Assembly (NCBI RefSeq): GCF_964204645.1
Contig: NC_134028.1
Location: 9,920,001-9,984,000 of the forward strand
Length of the DNA: 64,000 bases
Source of the DNA: Tubulanus polymorphus
Taxonomy: Eukaryota; Animalia; Nemertea
Direction: 5' to 3'
Shown here: positions 1 through 13,347 of the stretch, in pieces
Numbering within the stretch: position 1 is the stretch's first letter
How the letters are laid out: each line of letters opens with the position of its first letter
Notes under the pieces: model-generated
Told to the model about the DNA's origin: nothing
The model's database searches: none
Seen by the model: the letters and a program-made list of their open reading frames with translations, nothing else
Position numbers and translations under genes: made by a program

Positions 1-255
1 ACATCTCATTAATTATTGTATATTTGTCGTCGTCCTCGCGGGAAGCCGATTGTCCGTGCGGGCGTGTCCCCGGACAATGGGTACTGTAAATATATTTATC
101 CGGACAACAGAAAATCGTAGGTTCCGGACATCTCATTAATTATTGTATATTTGTCGTCGTCCCCGTGGAAGCCGATTGTCCGCGCGGGCGTGTCCCCGGA
201 CAATCGGTACTGTAAATATGTTTATCCGGACAACAGAAAATCGTAGGTTCCGGAC
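1..255. repeat. ~127-bp tandem repeat (2 units), continuing at 6338-6470; target of the BEL insertion
   Basis: ACATCTCATT...GTTCCGG unit at 1 and 128; a third unit resumes directly after the LTR at 6338. Confidence 0.85.
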
Positions 256-431
256 TGTGAGATTTACGGGCCCAAACCCGGAGCTGTGATAGACTGCTTC
301 ACGAATACAGAACCTAACGCTGGGAATTCTATACTACCACTGACTTTATTGTTCTCATGAAAATGTTACAGTGCTAAAGATCGACAAGGGTCGCTTCAAC
401 TGGGTCGACTTAAGGTCGACTGTCTCTGACA
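256..431 (-). repeat. 3' LTR (176 bp)
   Basis: One mismatch seen versus 6162-6337; purine-rich tract GGCCGCGGGGAG abuts it on the minus strand (432-443). Confidence 0.95.
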
Positions 432-809
432 CTCCCCGCGGCCAATGTAAAATCTTTGATTTGCAATTTATGATTTTTAAATATATCTTGATGCGTTGTG
501 CAGACATCTTCTTCCCTCTCCATCGTGATAAACTATGGCTACTAGCTTTCCATTCGAGGAACCGTCGAGGTATCCCCGTTATATTGCAGAGACGGCATGT
601 CAATGCTTAACGGCAACTAAACTACGTGATCTACATCTGCCACCAATGATCGTAACCCCGATCGGGGAAGCTTGAGGTTGCTCACGACCGCTCAACTTCG
701 TGACCCCAGACTATGGTTCAGGGAAAAGGACGTCTTACTGCCCTTTTCTTAAGCTCGGTCCCCGAAGGAACTGGTCTTAAGCCATAACCCTTTGTGGATT
801 CGAACATCA

Positions 810-3800
810 TTAGTCTTCATCGTCGGAATCCCGGGCTTGAATCTGGTTTCGAATTTTTTCCCGCGCTTTTTCTGCAGCTCGGCGTGGTTATTTCTTCGGC
901 CTGGTGCCAGCTTCCGTGTCCCGCGCTTTTCCTATCGCATCGTTTGGCTCGTCGAGTTTGACTCCGATTGGGGCCAATTTGGCAATTGGCCGCCTGGTGA
1001 CTCCATTTTTTGTTCTTACGGTTGCCGATCGGACGAAACCATCACTGCCGATATGCGCTTGTGTGATGATACCTAGTTTCCACTTTCTCCTAGGCTCATT
1101 TTTGTCGTTGATAAGTACGACGTCTCCGTTGTTGACTCGTGTGGGTTTTTTGTGTTTACCCCTCTCATACGCGTGCTGTTGACGTAGTGTGGCTAAGTAT
1201 TCATCCTGAAATCTTCGCTTGAAATTCTCGAGTATTCTGGCTCTCCTGTCAGCTACGGTTTTTAACTGATTGTCTGAAAGTGTGTAGTCCTGATCGTCGT
1301 CGCTGTCAATTGATTCGTTTGGTATAATCTGCAAATCTCGACCATAAATTAGCTTGTTCGGTGAAATGGGTTCAAGATCGTGTATGTCCTCGTTGATATA
1401 AGTCATGGGTCGGTTATTGACTTCACACTGTATCTCTTTGAGTAGGGTTTGAAACTCTTCTTCGGTGACCATGGTTTTCCCGAGCACTTTTTTCATCGCT
1501 GACTTGACGGTGCCAATGCACCGTTCGTGTACCCCCGCCATCCAAGGTGCTTGCGCCGGAGGGTAGATAAATTTGATGAGTCTCTCTGTGTATAATTTCT
1601 GTGCCTTTGTGTCACAGGCGATAGTAAGTAATCGTTTTATTTCCGCTTCCCCACTGATAAACGTTTTGGCGTTGTCGGTGTACAGTATTCGTGGGGTCGA
1701 TTGCGCAGCGCAAAAACGTCTGAACGCTCGCAAATACGACTCCACCGACATGTCTTTTACCACCTCCAGGTGTATCGCCCGTGTGGCACAACAGCAAAAT
1801 AACGCGATGTATCTCTTCACATAAGTTACACCAGTAGACACTGTTACGTGGCCTGTGAAGTCTATTGCCGTCGCGTTGAATGGCGTGTCATAATTCAATC
1901 GAAATCCGGGCAGTGGTGGAGTTTCTGGGGGTTGGTAGTTTCTCCCTTGTATTCTTTCGCAGGTGACGCATTGTTGCAATAGTTTTTTGACGCGTGATCT
2001 TATTTGCGGGATCCAATATTTCTTTCTTATTTTGACAATTGTCATTCCAACGCCGTAATGAAATACATTCTCGTGTTGTTTGTTTATGATGAGTTCCGTT
2101 AGTTTCGAATAAGTGGGTATCAAGTACGGTTGTTTTTGTTGTTCAGTGACGTCTGCGTGGCCAAGTCTCCCCGCGCAGCGTATCAGGCCTGCTCTATCCA
2201 ATTGGAGTCCAAGCTGATGCACGATGGCTGGTTTTTTTGTTGATTTTCCGGTGAGATACTCGACTACGTCACCATAATACTGCTGCTGAGTCATTCTGAC
2301 CCAAAGTTCAACTGCATTATTGAGATCAGCTGTTGAGATGGCTGTGCTACTAAGATTGGTGAACGCTTTGCGAACCCGCGCCGTGGTTCTCATCAGTTTG
2401 TTGAAATCCTTGAAAGTGCTTATGTCTATAATGTGTGCGTCGCTGTTTTACTACCGACGCTCGATATAGGCCATGCTGACCTGTCTTCCTTCAGCCAATC
2501 CGGGCCATCGAACCATACTGACTGCTGTAACTGGCTAAGAGTCGCACCGCGTGATAAGATGTCAGCAGCATTCTCTTCAGTGGTCACGTGATACCAACAA
2601 TTTAGGTCTGACACCTGTTTGATGCTGTCTACTCGGTTTTTCACGAATTGCTTGAGTTTCTTGTCCGACTGCAACCAATACAATGCAATTTCGCTGTCCG
2701 TCAGGTAGAAAGTGTTGACGACGTTAAACTCTTTCTGATATATCTCCTTCATATCTCCTTCAACGAATGCCCATATGACGCTCCCAGTGCCATTGCCTGT
2801 AGCTCTAATTTCGGTACTGTGTTGCTATTTGGTGTTTTCTGCGAAACGATTCGATTTTTCGATCCAATCAACCGTACAGTATCGCCTTGTGTTGCGTACG
2901 CTACGCAGCCAAGCGCTGTTTTAGGGCAGGCATCGCAGAAGACAACGAAATTGATGGGTACATTTCGGTCAAACCCTAACCAGCGCGGTATCCCGAATCC
3001 ATGGGACTGTGAGAGATCTCTGCTTATCTCCGCCCATTCCAATTGTTCATCCAATGTTAGCTCTTCATCCCAATCTTTGTTGAGTAACCATAATTTCTGT
3101 AAGAAAGCTTTCGATTTCGATCCAAGAGGACCCACCAGACCGAGTGGGTCATAAATCGCCGATGATTTCGATAAAACTGATCTTTTGGTTATTGAGTAGT
3201 CTCCGGCCTGAACATTCTTGTTCGCCAATGATATACTGTCAGTCGTTGAGTTCCATTTGAGCCCCAAGAGTGACACGATCTCCGACTTGGTACCATTGTT
3301 CTCATCCTGAAAACGTTGATTTATCTTGGGTTCGTTTGAGGCCCATTGTCTCATTAGAAATGCACCGTCCTGCATTATCTCCAGTGTTTTTTGGTAGTAG
3401 TCAATGGCGAGTTCGCTGTTATCAACCGCCGTTATCAGATTGTCAACGTACAATTTTCCTGCCAAATCTCTCGCTACTGTACAATCGCCGTACGAATCCA
3501 AATGTTTCTTCAATGTAATTCCGAGTGCAAAGGGACTGATTACATTGCCGAATATCACCGTATTGCAACGGTAAGGTACGATTCGTTTCGTTATATCGTT
3601 ATTTTCGTACCACAGGAACTGAACAAATTTTCTGTCCTCCTCTAACAGCGAAATGGACAGGAATGCTCGAGCGATATCAGCGACTAGTCCAATCTTCCGC
3701 GATCTGAACAGTAGCAACAATTCACTCAAATCCGAAATGAGGTTCGGACCCTCAAAGAGACAAGAATTTAGCGACGGTTCCCCTGAACTCGCATCGATCA

Positions 3801-6132
3801 CGATTCTGACTGGGGTTGTTTCACTATCCCTGAGTACGGGGAAGTGCGGCATGAAATGACTATCATGTTTCGATTCATTGATCGATTTTCCAGTTTCTGA
3901 AACGTAACCTTTCCGAATGCTTTCGTCCATTACCGCACAATATGCGTCAACGAGATTCAATCGACGTAATCGGTTGACCACTTGTTTCAAACGAGACTGA
4001 CATAATTCGATATTATTTCTTAAGACCGGGTGGTCCGGTTTCCATGGCAATGGAACGGCGTACCGGCCATCTTTGAATTCGATTTTATCTGCATAATCTT
4101 TGAGAAAAATTTCATTGTACTCACGTTCCTCTTGGTCGTTTCCGCACGGTATAGTAAAGACATTTTTCCTGACGAACTCTGTGTATTCCTGTTGAATACT
4201 ATCCGTTTCATGCGTACTATATGACTCGATAAGATCCGACTTCACTGTTGCTGAGTTGAGAACGTTTCTGACCTTTGGTTCGAGAGGTCCTGAGATAATG
4301 CATCCTAATACAGAGTGCTGAACAATCGGCGTTGTATCACAATTAAGTTCTCCCTCCAAGAACAAATAAGCAAAATCCTGACCAAGCAGGATTTCGACTG
4401 ATAATTCCTCTCCACTGAAACTGTCCGCCAATTCCAGATTCGCGATATGTGGTAGCTTCGTAGCTTCGATCCATCCGCTTTGATTGATATCGGTAACAAT
4501 CCGATCTTTGACTATAACGTCCATGACAATCCAACCTATTTTGGTCCTGACTTTAAGTTATACTACGTCGTACCATTGAGCTTGCGTCACATGACCTCCG
4601 AATCCGTGTACTTCTCTCAACTTTTTGCCGATAATCAACAATCCTAAACTGTCGACTACTTTGCGGGTCACGTACGTATCATGACTACCTCGATCCAGCA
4701 ACAGTCCCTGATTATGTAACTGTTTATTGTTGTCGATATTGCCCAAAGTAACACGTGCAGTTTCCAATAACACGATGTCATTGGTGCCTGTTGAAACTGC
4801 GCTGGTCACTTCCGGTGTGACGAACGACACTTCAGACTGTCCCCTGTTGCCTAATAGCACAACTGGCACGCTCCTTTCAGATATGGTTAACATTTGCTGT
4901 TTCGTTTGATAGCGATTCTGATTCTGATTTTCTCCTCTGTTATGGTCCAACGAACGAAAGTATTCGTGCAGACTGGTATGATGCCTTCGTTTGCATTCTC
5001 GACATGATTTCGTATTACGACATTCCGTTTTACGATGGTTATTTCCTAAGCAATTGAAGCATTTTTGTTCTTCACTAACCCTCTTGCCTCTTTCCGCCAG
5101 GGATAGAGGACATTCCCATGTCTTGTGGTTCCCTGAACAGATTCTACAACTGGTATCCCGTGTAAAGGCTACCAGCCCCGCCGCGGTCCCGGTTCTTGGT
5201 CTGATATTTGATTGTTGGTGTATTCTGTGGTTCTGGTTCTGTTCCTGATTGCCTCTCTCACCCATATTATCTAATTCCTCCGTGAACGCATTCATGAATT
5301 TTTCGATGTTGAATTTTGTCGTTTGGTCACAGGTCCCCATACGATCTAGGATTGGCTTAGGAATTTTCCGTTCCAAAATTGGTACAAGTAACGCCGAACA
5401 TTCTGCACTATCTACTCCCAAATTCTCGAGAGATCGAATGTGTCCCTTCACGGTAAATAAAAATTGGTTCAAGGCCATATAATTGTTGGCTGGTGGGGTG
5501 AGGTCCAAAATTTCGTTGACGTGGGCGCGAATTACTTTTCTCGGTTGTCCGAATCTGTCCTTTAAAATTGATACGATTGTTGACAAATTCTCTCCTGATG
5601 CGTGGATTCCAACCATGGCATCTGCCGCTGTTCCACGAAGTTGTCCGGTGATGTAATTAAATTTTGTGATGTCGCAATAATCACCGTTCATGACGTCGGC
5701 TTCCATCGTTTGCCAAAACGAAGCCCATTTTGTGGGTGTTCCATCGAATGTCGGCAGCTTGATTTTCGGTAATTGCGCTGTTTTTTTTGTTGGTCTACTA
5801 TCGTCGTTGTTTGATTCCGTTTTCGTTGTGTTCGAATCTAGGAATGCTTTTATGCGCATCAGCGTCACCCTCTGTTCAGTTCGCAATTTTTTTGATGTTG
5901 ATATTTCGTTAGCATAATCCGGTTCTTTTATAGAGAGGGCTTCGATTTTGTCGCTTAAATCCAGACATGTCTCGTATGTATCTCTCATTTCCTCCATTCT
6001 CGCCTCGAGCTCGGAGAATTCCTCCGTTGACTGCGTTTTTTTCTTCATAATCTTGTTGATTGCCGAATACTCCTCATCGAATAACCCTTGAAGGGTTGTC
6101 CGTTTCGTTTTGAGTGAAACTAAGTCTTCCAT
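810..6132 (-). pseudogene. BEL/Pao gag-pol polyprotein, disrupted
   Basis: Gag LPKIKLPTFDG and three Cys/His knuckles; protease LLDRGS; RT YVDN; RNase H FCDA; integrase H-H-C-C and D(IDF)..D(TDN)..E. Lesions: in-frame TAA 4558-4560, 11-bp duplication 2741-2762, frameshift ~2430, in-frame TAA 888-890. Confidence 0.93.
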
Positions 6133-6143
6133 TGCGTTGTGTT

Positions 6144-6161
6144 ATCCTGGTCACGGCACCA
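6144..6161 (-). promoter_or_regulatory. Primer-binding site complementary to tRNA-His 3' end
   Basis: TGGTGCCGTGACCAGGAT directly after the 5' LTR; complement of ATCCTGGTCACGGCACCA, the invertebrate-type tRNA-His(GUG) 3' end. Confidence 0.9.
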
Positions 6162-6337
6162 TGTGAGATTTACGGGCCCAAACCCGGAGCTGTGATAGAC
6201 TGCTTCACGAATACAGAACCTAACGCTGTGAATTCTATACTACCACTGACTTTATTGTTCTCATGAAAATGTTACAGTGCTAAAGATCGACAAGGGTCGC
6301 TTCAACTGGGTCGACTTAAGGTCGACTGTCTCTGACA
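6162..6337 (-). repeat. 5' LTR (176 bp)
   Basis: Direct repeat of 256-431. Confidence 0.95.
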
Positions 6338-6542
6338 CGGACATCTCATTGATTGTATATTTGTCGTCGTCCTCGCGGGAAGCCGATTGTCCGTGCGGGC
6401 GCGTCCCCGGACAATCGGTACTGTAAATATATTTATCCGGACAACAGATTAGCGTATGTTCCGGAACCAAGTTAAATTATAAGTAAAATCGTTGTCCCCG
6501 GGAAACAGTTCCGGTCGTTATTTCCCGGACCACCGGGCTTTG

Positions 6543-7044
6543 TGTAACATGTTCGTTCCAGACAGCAAATGCCAGTTATTGTATATATGTTTCATCTCGA
6601 GCCCTAAAATAATCATTAATACCCAGTTCAAACGACTGTAGTTCTGTCATTGAGGTCAGCGGAGGTCCTGCCCGCTCTAGGAGGTCAGCTTGCGCATCGT
6701 ATGAATTCCGGACGGTGGGGGGTTCAACACGTTACTAAGAATAGGACGATAAGAGGAGAGGAACTTCACCCAGCCGTATTACTCGCCTTCAAGAGAAGGA
6801 CGAGCGGACCCGGACGGACCCACTGACGGAGAAACCCGCGTAGACACGAGGACTCGGTCCGGGACCGAGGGGAGGTCGGAGCCTCCAAGACATGTTGTTA
6901 TTGAGCGTCGTCCCGTGACACCGGGCGTACGGGAGGCCTACCGGCGCAGACACAGCTGCAGGAGTTGTCTGTTCTGATGAATATTTTTATTAGTGATTTC
7001 GACCGGGGTGTCAAATGGTTACCGTGTCTGGGAAATCCGTTACA
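6543..7044. repeat. Dispersed repeat, possible solo-LTR remnant (TGTAAC...GTTACA); related copy at ~43430-43740
   Basis: Both loci share ATTACTCGCCTYCAAGAGRAGGACGAGCGG and a GGTTACCGTGTC..AATCCGTTACA end; no TSD found. Confidence 0.4.
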
Positions 7045-7315
7045 CTCGGAATGGTAACAGACACAGAACAATTCAATTTAATTCAATTCAATACGCAAAC
7101 TAGACTGGTTGCCGGTCTCTACCTTCAGTTATAGACTGGTCGCCTGTCCATTTCTGCGCCACTAGACTGGTCGCCTGTCCCATACTGTGCCACCTGCATC
7201 CGCAGTCAGCAGAATAGAAGGTAGAGACCAGCAGCCAGTCTCCCTTCAGAAATTATATAGCGATTCAAAAACAAAGTTCCTCATTCGCGTACCGAGTGTA
7301 ACGAAACCACAGGGG

Positions 7316-7915
7316 TTTGGCGATGGGCTTGGATTTTATTTGCTGGTTGTTGATAATCTCGCGAGAATGGCGCTAAATATGAACTGCGAATAAATTCAAA
7401 ATATCACGGAAATACCTTGTGTTTATATTGTTTATTTATCCGCTATAAAGTGATGACGATATAGCTGTGATCCTCGAGAATTAACCTTATAGGTTAAAAT
7501 GTAGCAGTTAAAGCAATTATACCAATTAGTTTTATCAGCGAATACATTGATAAGCGGTTTGCAACGCGATGTAAATCAAGCCAATAGAAAACTACGTAGT
7601 GGGTGCAGAGCTATACTTCCGATAAACAAGCCAGAAAGTTGGGACAGTCACATGACAAATAAGAAGCGTTAAGACACGTGACTGTCCCAACTGGCACGAC
7701 TTGAAGGGCGTTTTATCCCTTGGGATTTTATATAGTAAAGCGTCACGACCGTCTGATAATGATCCTTAACGACCAATTGTTTATCGGAACTTTATAGCGG
7801 ATAAATAAACAATATAAACACAAGGTATTTCCGTGATATTTTGAATTTATTCGCAGTTCATATTTCTCGCGAGATTATCAACAACCAGGAAATAAAATCC
7901 AAGCCTGTCGCCAAA
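7316..7915. mobile_element. MITE/foldback-like element
   Basis: ~130-bp inverted arms 7316-7451 and 7789-7915, plus nested inner inverted repeats (TTCCGATAAACAA; GTTGGGACAGTCAC). Confidence 0.75.
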
Positions 7916-7924
7916 GGAGAGCGT

Positions 7925-8290
7925 TGTTTTCTATCTGCCACAGCATAATCTTCTCATAGCGCATGCGCAGCGGATGTAATTAAACACACGTGTCTGCTGT
8001 GGTGGATAGAAAACATTTGTCCGAGTTGATTTTCTATCCATCAGAGCAGGATCGTCCAACTGCTGTGGTGGATAGAAAATAGGTTTCTTTTCGATCTTCA
8101 ATCCATCAGAGCAGGATCGTTCAACTGCTGTGGTGGATAGAAAATAGGTTTCTTTGGGATTTTCTATCCATCAGAGCTGGATCGTTCAACTGCTGTGGTG
8201 GATAGAAAATAGGTTTCTTTTCGATTTTCTATCCACCAGAGCAGAATCGACTAACTGTTGCGATTGATCGAAATTAGGTTATTTTTCAAC
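7925..8290. repeat. ~65-bp tandem repeat with hairpin units
   Basis: TTTCTATCCAYCAGAGCAG...CTGCTGTGGTGGATAGAAAA repeated about 5 times. Confidence 0.8.
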
Positions 8291-9596
8291 TATCTGACCG
8301 TCCAGAGTTCAGACCCGGCTTTCTTTAAACTTTGATCGGTTGGTTTTCGTTCAACGAACACATTCCAAGTATTTTGTGCGTATGAATTACTGGCAAACTC
8401 ATTTCTTTCCTTTTGAAAGATTCGTTGACAGGAAAGAGTTCCTGAATTATAAAAGCCATTAACTACAAGAGATCCATCGATTTTGTATTAATAGGTATCT
8501 TTATAGGTTATATCTTTCATATTACAAAAATATAGATACTGCATGTGTAACTTTATTACACAATAAACAATATAAGAAATGAAATGCAGATAAGAGATGT
8601 TTCCCAAGTTAGTTATAAACAGTTAACAATTACTACTAAATATTACTAATAGTATAAAGTCTATGTACAAAGCAGACATAAGTTACAACTGACACAATTT
8701 CAAGACGTTTCCTTTCGTTTTATCAATCTGATCGCCCAAACTAGCTTGCAATATTTAGTAGTAATTGTTGATTCAGCTTTTTCAGTGATGTTCAGGAACC
8801 GGTTGCCGTATAGAGTGATTGAATATCTAACAATTTTATACCAGCATACATACACGCAGGATGCGCAAAGGATCTGGTTAACATATTTCTCTCGTAATAC
8901 ATTTCGGAGTTTACAGTTACAGTTCTAAATGTAAGTACCGTTTTTGTAGTTATTAAGAAATCGGAAAGGGGTTACTTAATAAGAAAACTTTACATATGTT
9001 TCAGAGCAGCAATTTATATTTGGCAACTACAACTTCAAGTATATTCTATTCTACGCTCAAGATAGATTTCTCGTTCGGTCGCAACAGCTGTTGTATTATA
9101 CTATATTGATATCAACATTCCACGCATAAATTACCGGGCTTCGGAAGCGCGGTGAGGAATTTTCGATCGATACAGTTTGTAGAATAAATATATGTGTTTA
9201 TGAAATCAACTGGTGTTTTGGTTGTATTACTTTTCAGTTTTTAGGATGTAATATCGAGAATCCGAAATGACTTATCTGGACAATTTAATTGCTCCTAATA
9301 GATAAACAAATGTAGTGAGATATTAAATCCTAATTCAAATACAAAATATTAAAAAAACTAAAACTTCAACTAGCTATTGAATTCTACTATATTTTAATAT
9401 ATTCTTATTCAATTCTAATTAACACTAGATTAAATAGATTTTGAATAGATTCAAATAAAGAAAACATCAAATAGCTAGTATTTCTTAGTCAATACTAGAA
9501 TTCTTTAACTTAACTAGCTAGTATTAACCCAAAGAGTTACTAGTATCAATTTAGAATAAGTATAATATTTTTTTTCTCACTTTTTTCCTAAAATAA

Positions 9597-10185
9597 ATGT
9601 CTTAGAAATCGAAGAAGAATAATATTGATATTGAAAAAATATTAGATGATTTAGGATTAACCGAAGCCAAAATTGAAAATAATAGTAATAATGTAGCAAC
9701 TGATTGTATTCAAAATAATAATATTGATATTGAATACTATTCAACATGTAAAAATCAACTCTAGTAACTAATTGCTAGTGGTAAATGCAAAGAATTTATT
9801 GGTACAATAATAACTTTTCAAGAATTAGATAATATGAACAAAGAAAAAGTAATATAATATTTCAAAATATATGAAGAAGCTAGATTAGCCCGAATAAACG
9901 ATTCTATTAGTGGTGGACTAGTAAAATGTTATTCTAATGTATGCAACCGGATAATACCAATTGATGATGAAAATAAATTATATACTGATTTAAAAAATGA
10001 TTACTTAGTTATGACAGAATTACAAAAATGGGTTGGATACGCTTCATTTCAATTAGGATCGATTATGACATTAATTCCTACTGGTGTAATAACATTTTCT
10101 AATATCAAACCTATAGACTAAAAAGATAAAAAATCAGATACTATCGAAACAGATATCGAAACAGAACAAAAATTAAGTAAAATAA
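9597..10185 (+). pseudogene. Polinton hypothetical protein (homologue of the 58732 minus ORF)
   Basis: IEKILDDLGLTEAK, ASGKCKEF and LKNDYLVMTEL shared; several stops. Confidence 0.75.
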
Positions 10186-10527
10186 ATGAGGGATGGTATT
10201 AAGAAAAAGCCTAGATCTGAAAAACAAATTGCGTGGTCAAAGCAATTAGGTAGAACTGCAGAATTAAAAGCTAAGAAAGAGAAATTAGCTGTTATAAATG
10301 AATCACAGACATTATCTGATATTAATTCAAATAATAATTCATCTAATGCTTCTAATACTGGAAGTAATTATTACTTATATATTACAATTGTATTTATCAC
10401 AGTAATTATATTCTCTGGTGTAATATATAAATTCAAATTTAATGATGATGATAAACCTATTAAACCAGAATATAAATCAAATGATAAAATCATTGAAAAT
10501 AAATCTAAATTATCATTAATGGATTAG
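10186..10527 (+). CDS. Polinton small single-pass membrane protein
   Basis: KKKPRSEKQIAWS motif and hydrophobic helix shared with 49260-49637 and 52123-52491. Confidence 0.7.
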   Translation: MRDGIKKKPRSEKQIAWSKQLGRTAELKAKKEKLAVINESQTLSDINSNNNSSNASNTGSNYYLYITIVFITVIIFSGVIYKFKFNDDDKPIKPEYKSNDKIIENKSKLSLMD

Positions 10528-10533
10528 AATAAG

Positions 10534-11613
10534 ATGAAAAAAGAACAATATTTAAGAGATTTATATTATAACCCAGAGAGTAAAGTATCATTTATTCTAG
10601 TGTTGCAGAATTATGGGATAAAATACAATTTGATAGTGAAAATATAAAATATAGTGAATTAAAATTACGGTTACAAAATCACCCAACATATCAAATCCAT
10701 AAGAAAATGGATAAAAATTATTTAACAAGAAAAGTTATGGTTTCATATATTGATCAACAATGGCAAGCAGATTTAATTGATATGAAAAACTTAGAAGAAC
10801 ACAATAAAGGATATTTTTTTTCGATATTAAATGTTATAGATATATTCAGTAGATACGCATGGTCAATTCCAATCAAAAATAAAACTGGTATAGAAGTAAG
10901 AAATGAGTTCAAATTAATATTTAAAGAAGCTATTCCAGATAAGATACAATTTGATGAATGTAAAGAATTTTATAATAAACATTAAAAAAATCATTATCTG
11001 ATAACGATGTAGAGTATTATTCAACACACTCAGATAAAAAGCATCTATCATAGAAAGATTTGATAAAATATTGAAAACTAGAATGAGGAAATATTTTACT
11101 GCTAATGCAACACATAAATATATCGATATATTACATGATTTAGTGAAAGGTTATTATAATTTTAAACATTCAAGTATTGGTATGAAACCTATACAAGCTA
11201 GAAAAAAAGATAATTCAGAAGTTGTTTGGAACACTTTATATGGTGCGTTTGTTACACATGATTTTGGAGAACCTAAATTTAAACCAGGACAACATGTTAG
11301 AATATCTAAATATCGAAAAAGATTTTATAAAGGTTATACTCCAAATTTTACTGAAGACATATTTAAAATTAAAAAAATAATATTAACTAAACCTTTTATG
11401 TATAAATTAGAAGATTTAAAATATGAAGAAATATTAGGTTATTTTTATGAACGAGAATTATCACTTGTACCAAATTCAGATGATATAGAATACAAAATAG
11501 AAAAGGTATTGAAAACAAAAACGTAACGTGGTAAGAAATAATATCTGGTGAAATATGAAAGATGATAAATTTAATGAATGGATTTTATCTAGTAAAATTA
11601 AGAAAATAAATGA
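10534..11613 (+). pseudogene. Polinton rve integrase with C-terminal chromodomain
   Basis: QQWQADLIDM, IDIFSRYAW, QFDECKEF, YKIEKVLKT; frameshifts and stops. Confidence 0.92.
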
Positions 11614-12552
11614 ATAAAGATTTATTTATATTTGAACCCGCATAATATGTTAATAACTGGGGTAACCAATTGTGGTAAAACACATTTTATATTAGATTTG
11701 TTAGAAACTGTTTATATAAATCATTTTGATAATGCAATATTATTCTGCCCTACTTATGAAATGAATGAAACGTATAATAGAGATATAGTTTTTTAAGATA
11801 AAAGATTTATTATATCAAATCCTACTTCTGTAAAGAGTATTTTAGATAATTGTATAAAAATTGCATTAGATATTCATAATGGAACAAATGAAAGGCTGAA
11901 TCCAAGAACATGTCTATCGCACTTTTGAGCCCAAACGTCTACTTTTACTTAGTAGCCACTTGAGAACAATAAGCAATAAACGATATCATCTCTACTGCTA
12001 GTATGCACTATCGAAACCAGATGTTTCAAAATGGTCACTTTTCAATAGAAGACTCTTCGAAACAGCCACTATAGAAAACCAAAAGTGACTGTTTTGAAAT
12101 GTATACTACTGGAAAAGTAGCTGATATCGTTAATTGCTTATTGTTCTCAAGTGGCTACTAAGTGAAAGTAGACGTTTGGGCTCAAAAGTGCGATAGACAT
12201 GTTCTTGGATTCAGCCTTTCAAATACATTATTCATCATAGATGATTGTGCAAATTTACATGATTCAAAATACGAGAATTATGTTATTGAGCTTTTTCTGG
12301 TAGACATTTTGGGATAACAACATGGGTTTTAAATCAAAAATATAATTCAATTGCTAAAGATTTTACGGAGAATATAAGATTTTTAGTATTATTTTATAAC
12401 AAAGATTATAGCAATCTATGCAACAATCTCTGGAAGAAAATCAAATTATAATGACTTACATGATGAATATATGAATAAATTAAAAAATAATAAACGTTCC
12501 AAATTATTACTGAGCCTACAATTTCCCTATGAATACAAATTTATAAAATAAA
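11610..12552 (+). pseudogene. Polinton packaging ATPase (A32/FtsK-like), interrupted by a MITE
   Basis: Walker A GVTNCGKT, Walker B FIIDDC, SGRH motif. Confidence 0.88.
11890..12220. mobile_element. MITE with ~98-bp TIRs and AAAT TSD
   Basis: GAAAGGCTGAATCC...GGATTCAGCCTTTC flanked by AAAT; removal restores ATPase codons GTNTLF. A 4-bp AWWT TSD would fit Sola (inference). Confidence 0.9.
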
Positions 12553-12908
12553 ATTTTAAAAAATATAATATAATTTAGAATTGTATGGATGGTACGAGTG
12601 TACGAATGGTACGAGTGTAATAATATTTAAAAAACAGTACGAGTTTGATTTTAAGTTATTTTATACTATATTTAAATATTATTTTAATATTGCTAAAAAT
12701 GTTATCACCGAACTAATTGTAACTGAACAACTAATAATAAAATAATATATAATTTTACATTTTAAATACTTTTTCTTTTTAATTTTTAAATCATTTTCAA
12801 ATTCTAATATTTGTTTTTCTAAATATATTTTTTATTTAGTTTTATTTATATCATGAGGAATAATCAACACAATCAATTTGATTTTCCATTTATATAATGA
12901 AAAAATTA

Positions 12909-13331
12909 CTAATTAGTAAATTCATATGCTACAAATATAACAATAACTGTTCCACCTAAAATCCATATTATTTCATATTGCTGTTGTTCTTTACTTGGGG
13001 TATAATAATCTGAAAATTTAGGTTTATATAGATATAATTTTTCACGATTTGTTACTGCGTTATATAAACTCATAGCATCATCAACTGACTTAAAATCTCT
13101 ATGTGAAATATTTTGGTTATATAATTCTTTATTAATATAATCCATATAATTTTGTCTTTTTTCTCTATATTCTTCTGCAGCTTTATTATATTTCTCTAAC
13201 GCTAAGTTATATCTTTTTTGTTCTGATAATGAACCATTTTTATCAATATGTTTAAATAAATAACCGCCACCTGTAAATGCTAAAGCGTTAACAATTGCCG
13301 ATCCTATAATAGTTATAATTGCAAATGCCAT
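12909..13331 (-). CDS. Conserved Polinton protein (hydrophobic N-terminus, coiled coil, C-terminal TM)
   Basis: Intact 140 aa; pseudogenised homologue at 25586-26008. Confidence 0.75.
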   Translation of the reverse strand: MAFAIITIIGSAIVNALAFTGGGYLFKHIDKNGSLSEQKRYNLALEKYNKAAEEYREKRQNYMDYINKELYNQNISHRDFKSVDDAMSLYNAVTNREKLYLYKPKFSDYYTPSKEQQQYEIIWILGGTVIVIFVAYEFTN

Positions 13332-13347
13332 TTATTTAGTAAAAAAA

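Larger units (their letters stand above)
256..6337 (-). mobile_element. Full-length BEL/Pao LTR retrotransposon
   Basis: TG..CA LTRs at 256-431 and 6162-6337; 5-bp TSD CGGAC (251-255, 6338-6342); gag-PR-RT-RH-IN order; PBS and PPT present. Confidence 0.97.

Noticed and set aside
355-5917. Short ORFs antisense to or overlapping the BEL polyprotein and LTR
   Set aside because: Shadow ORFs with no motifs
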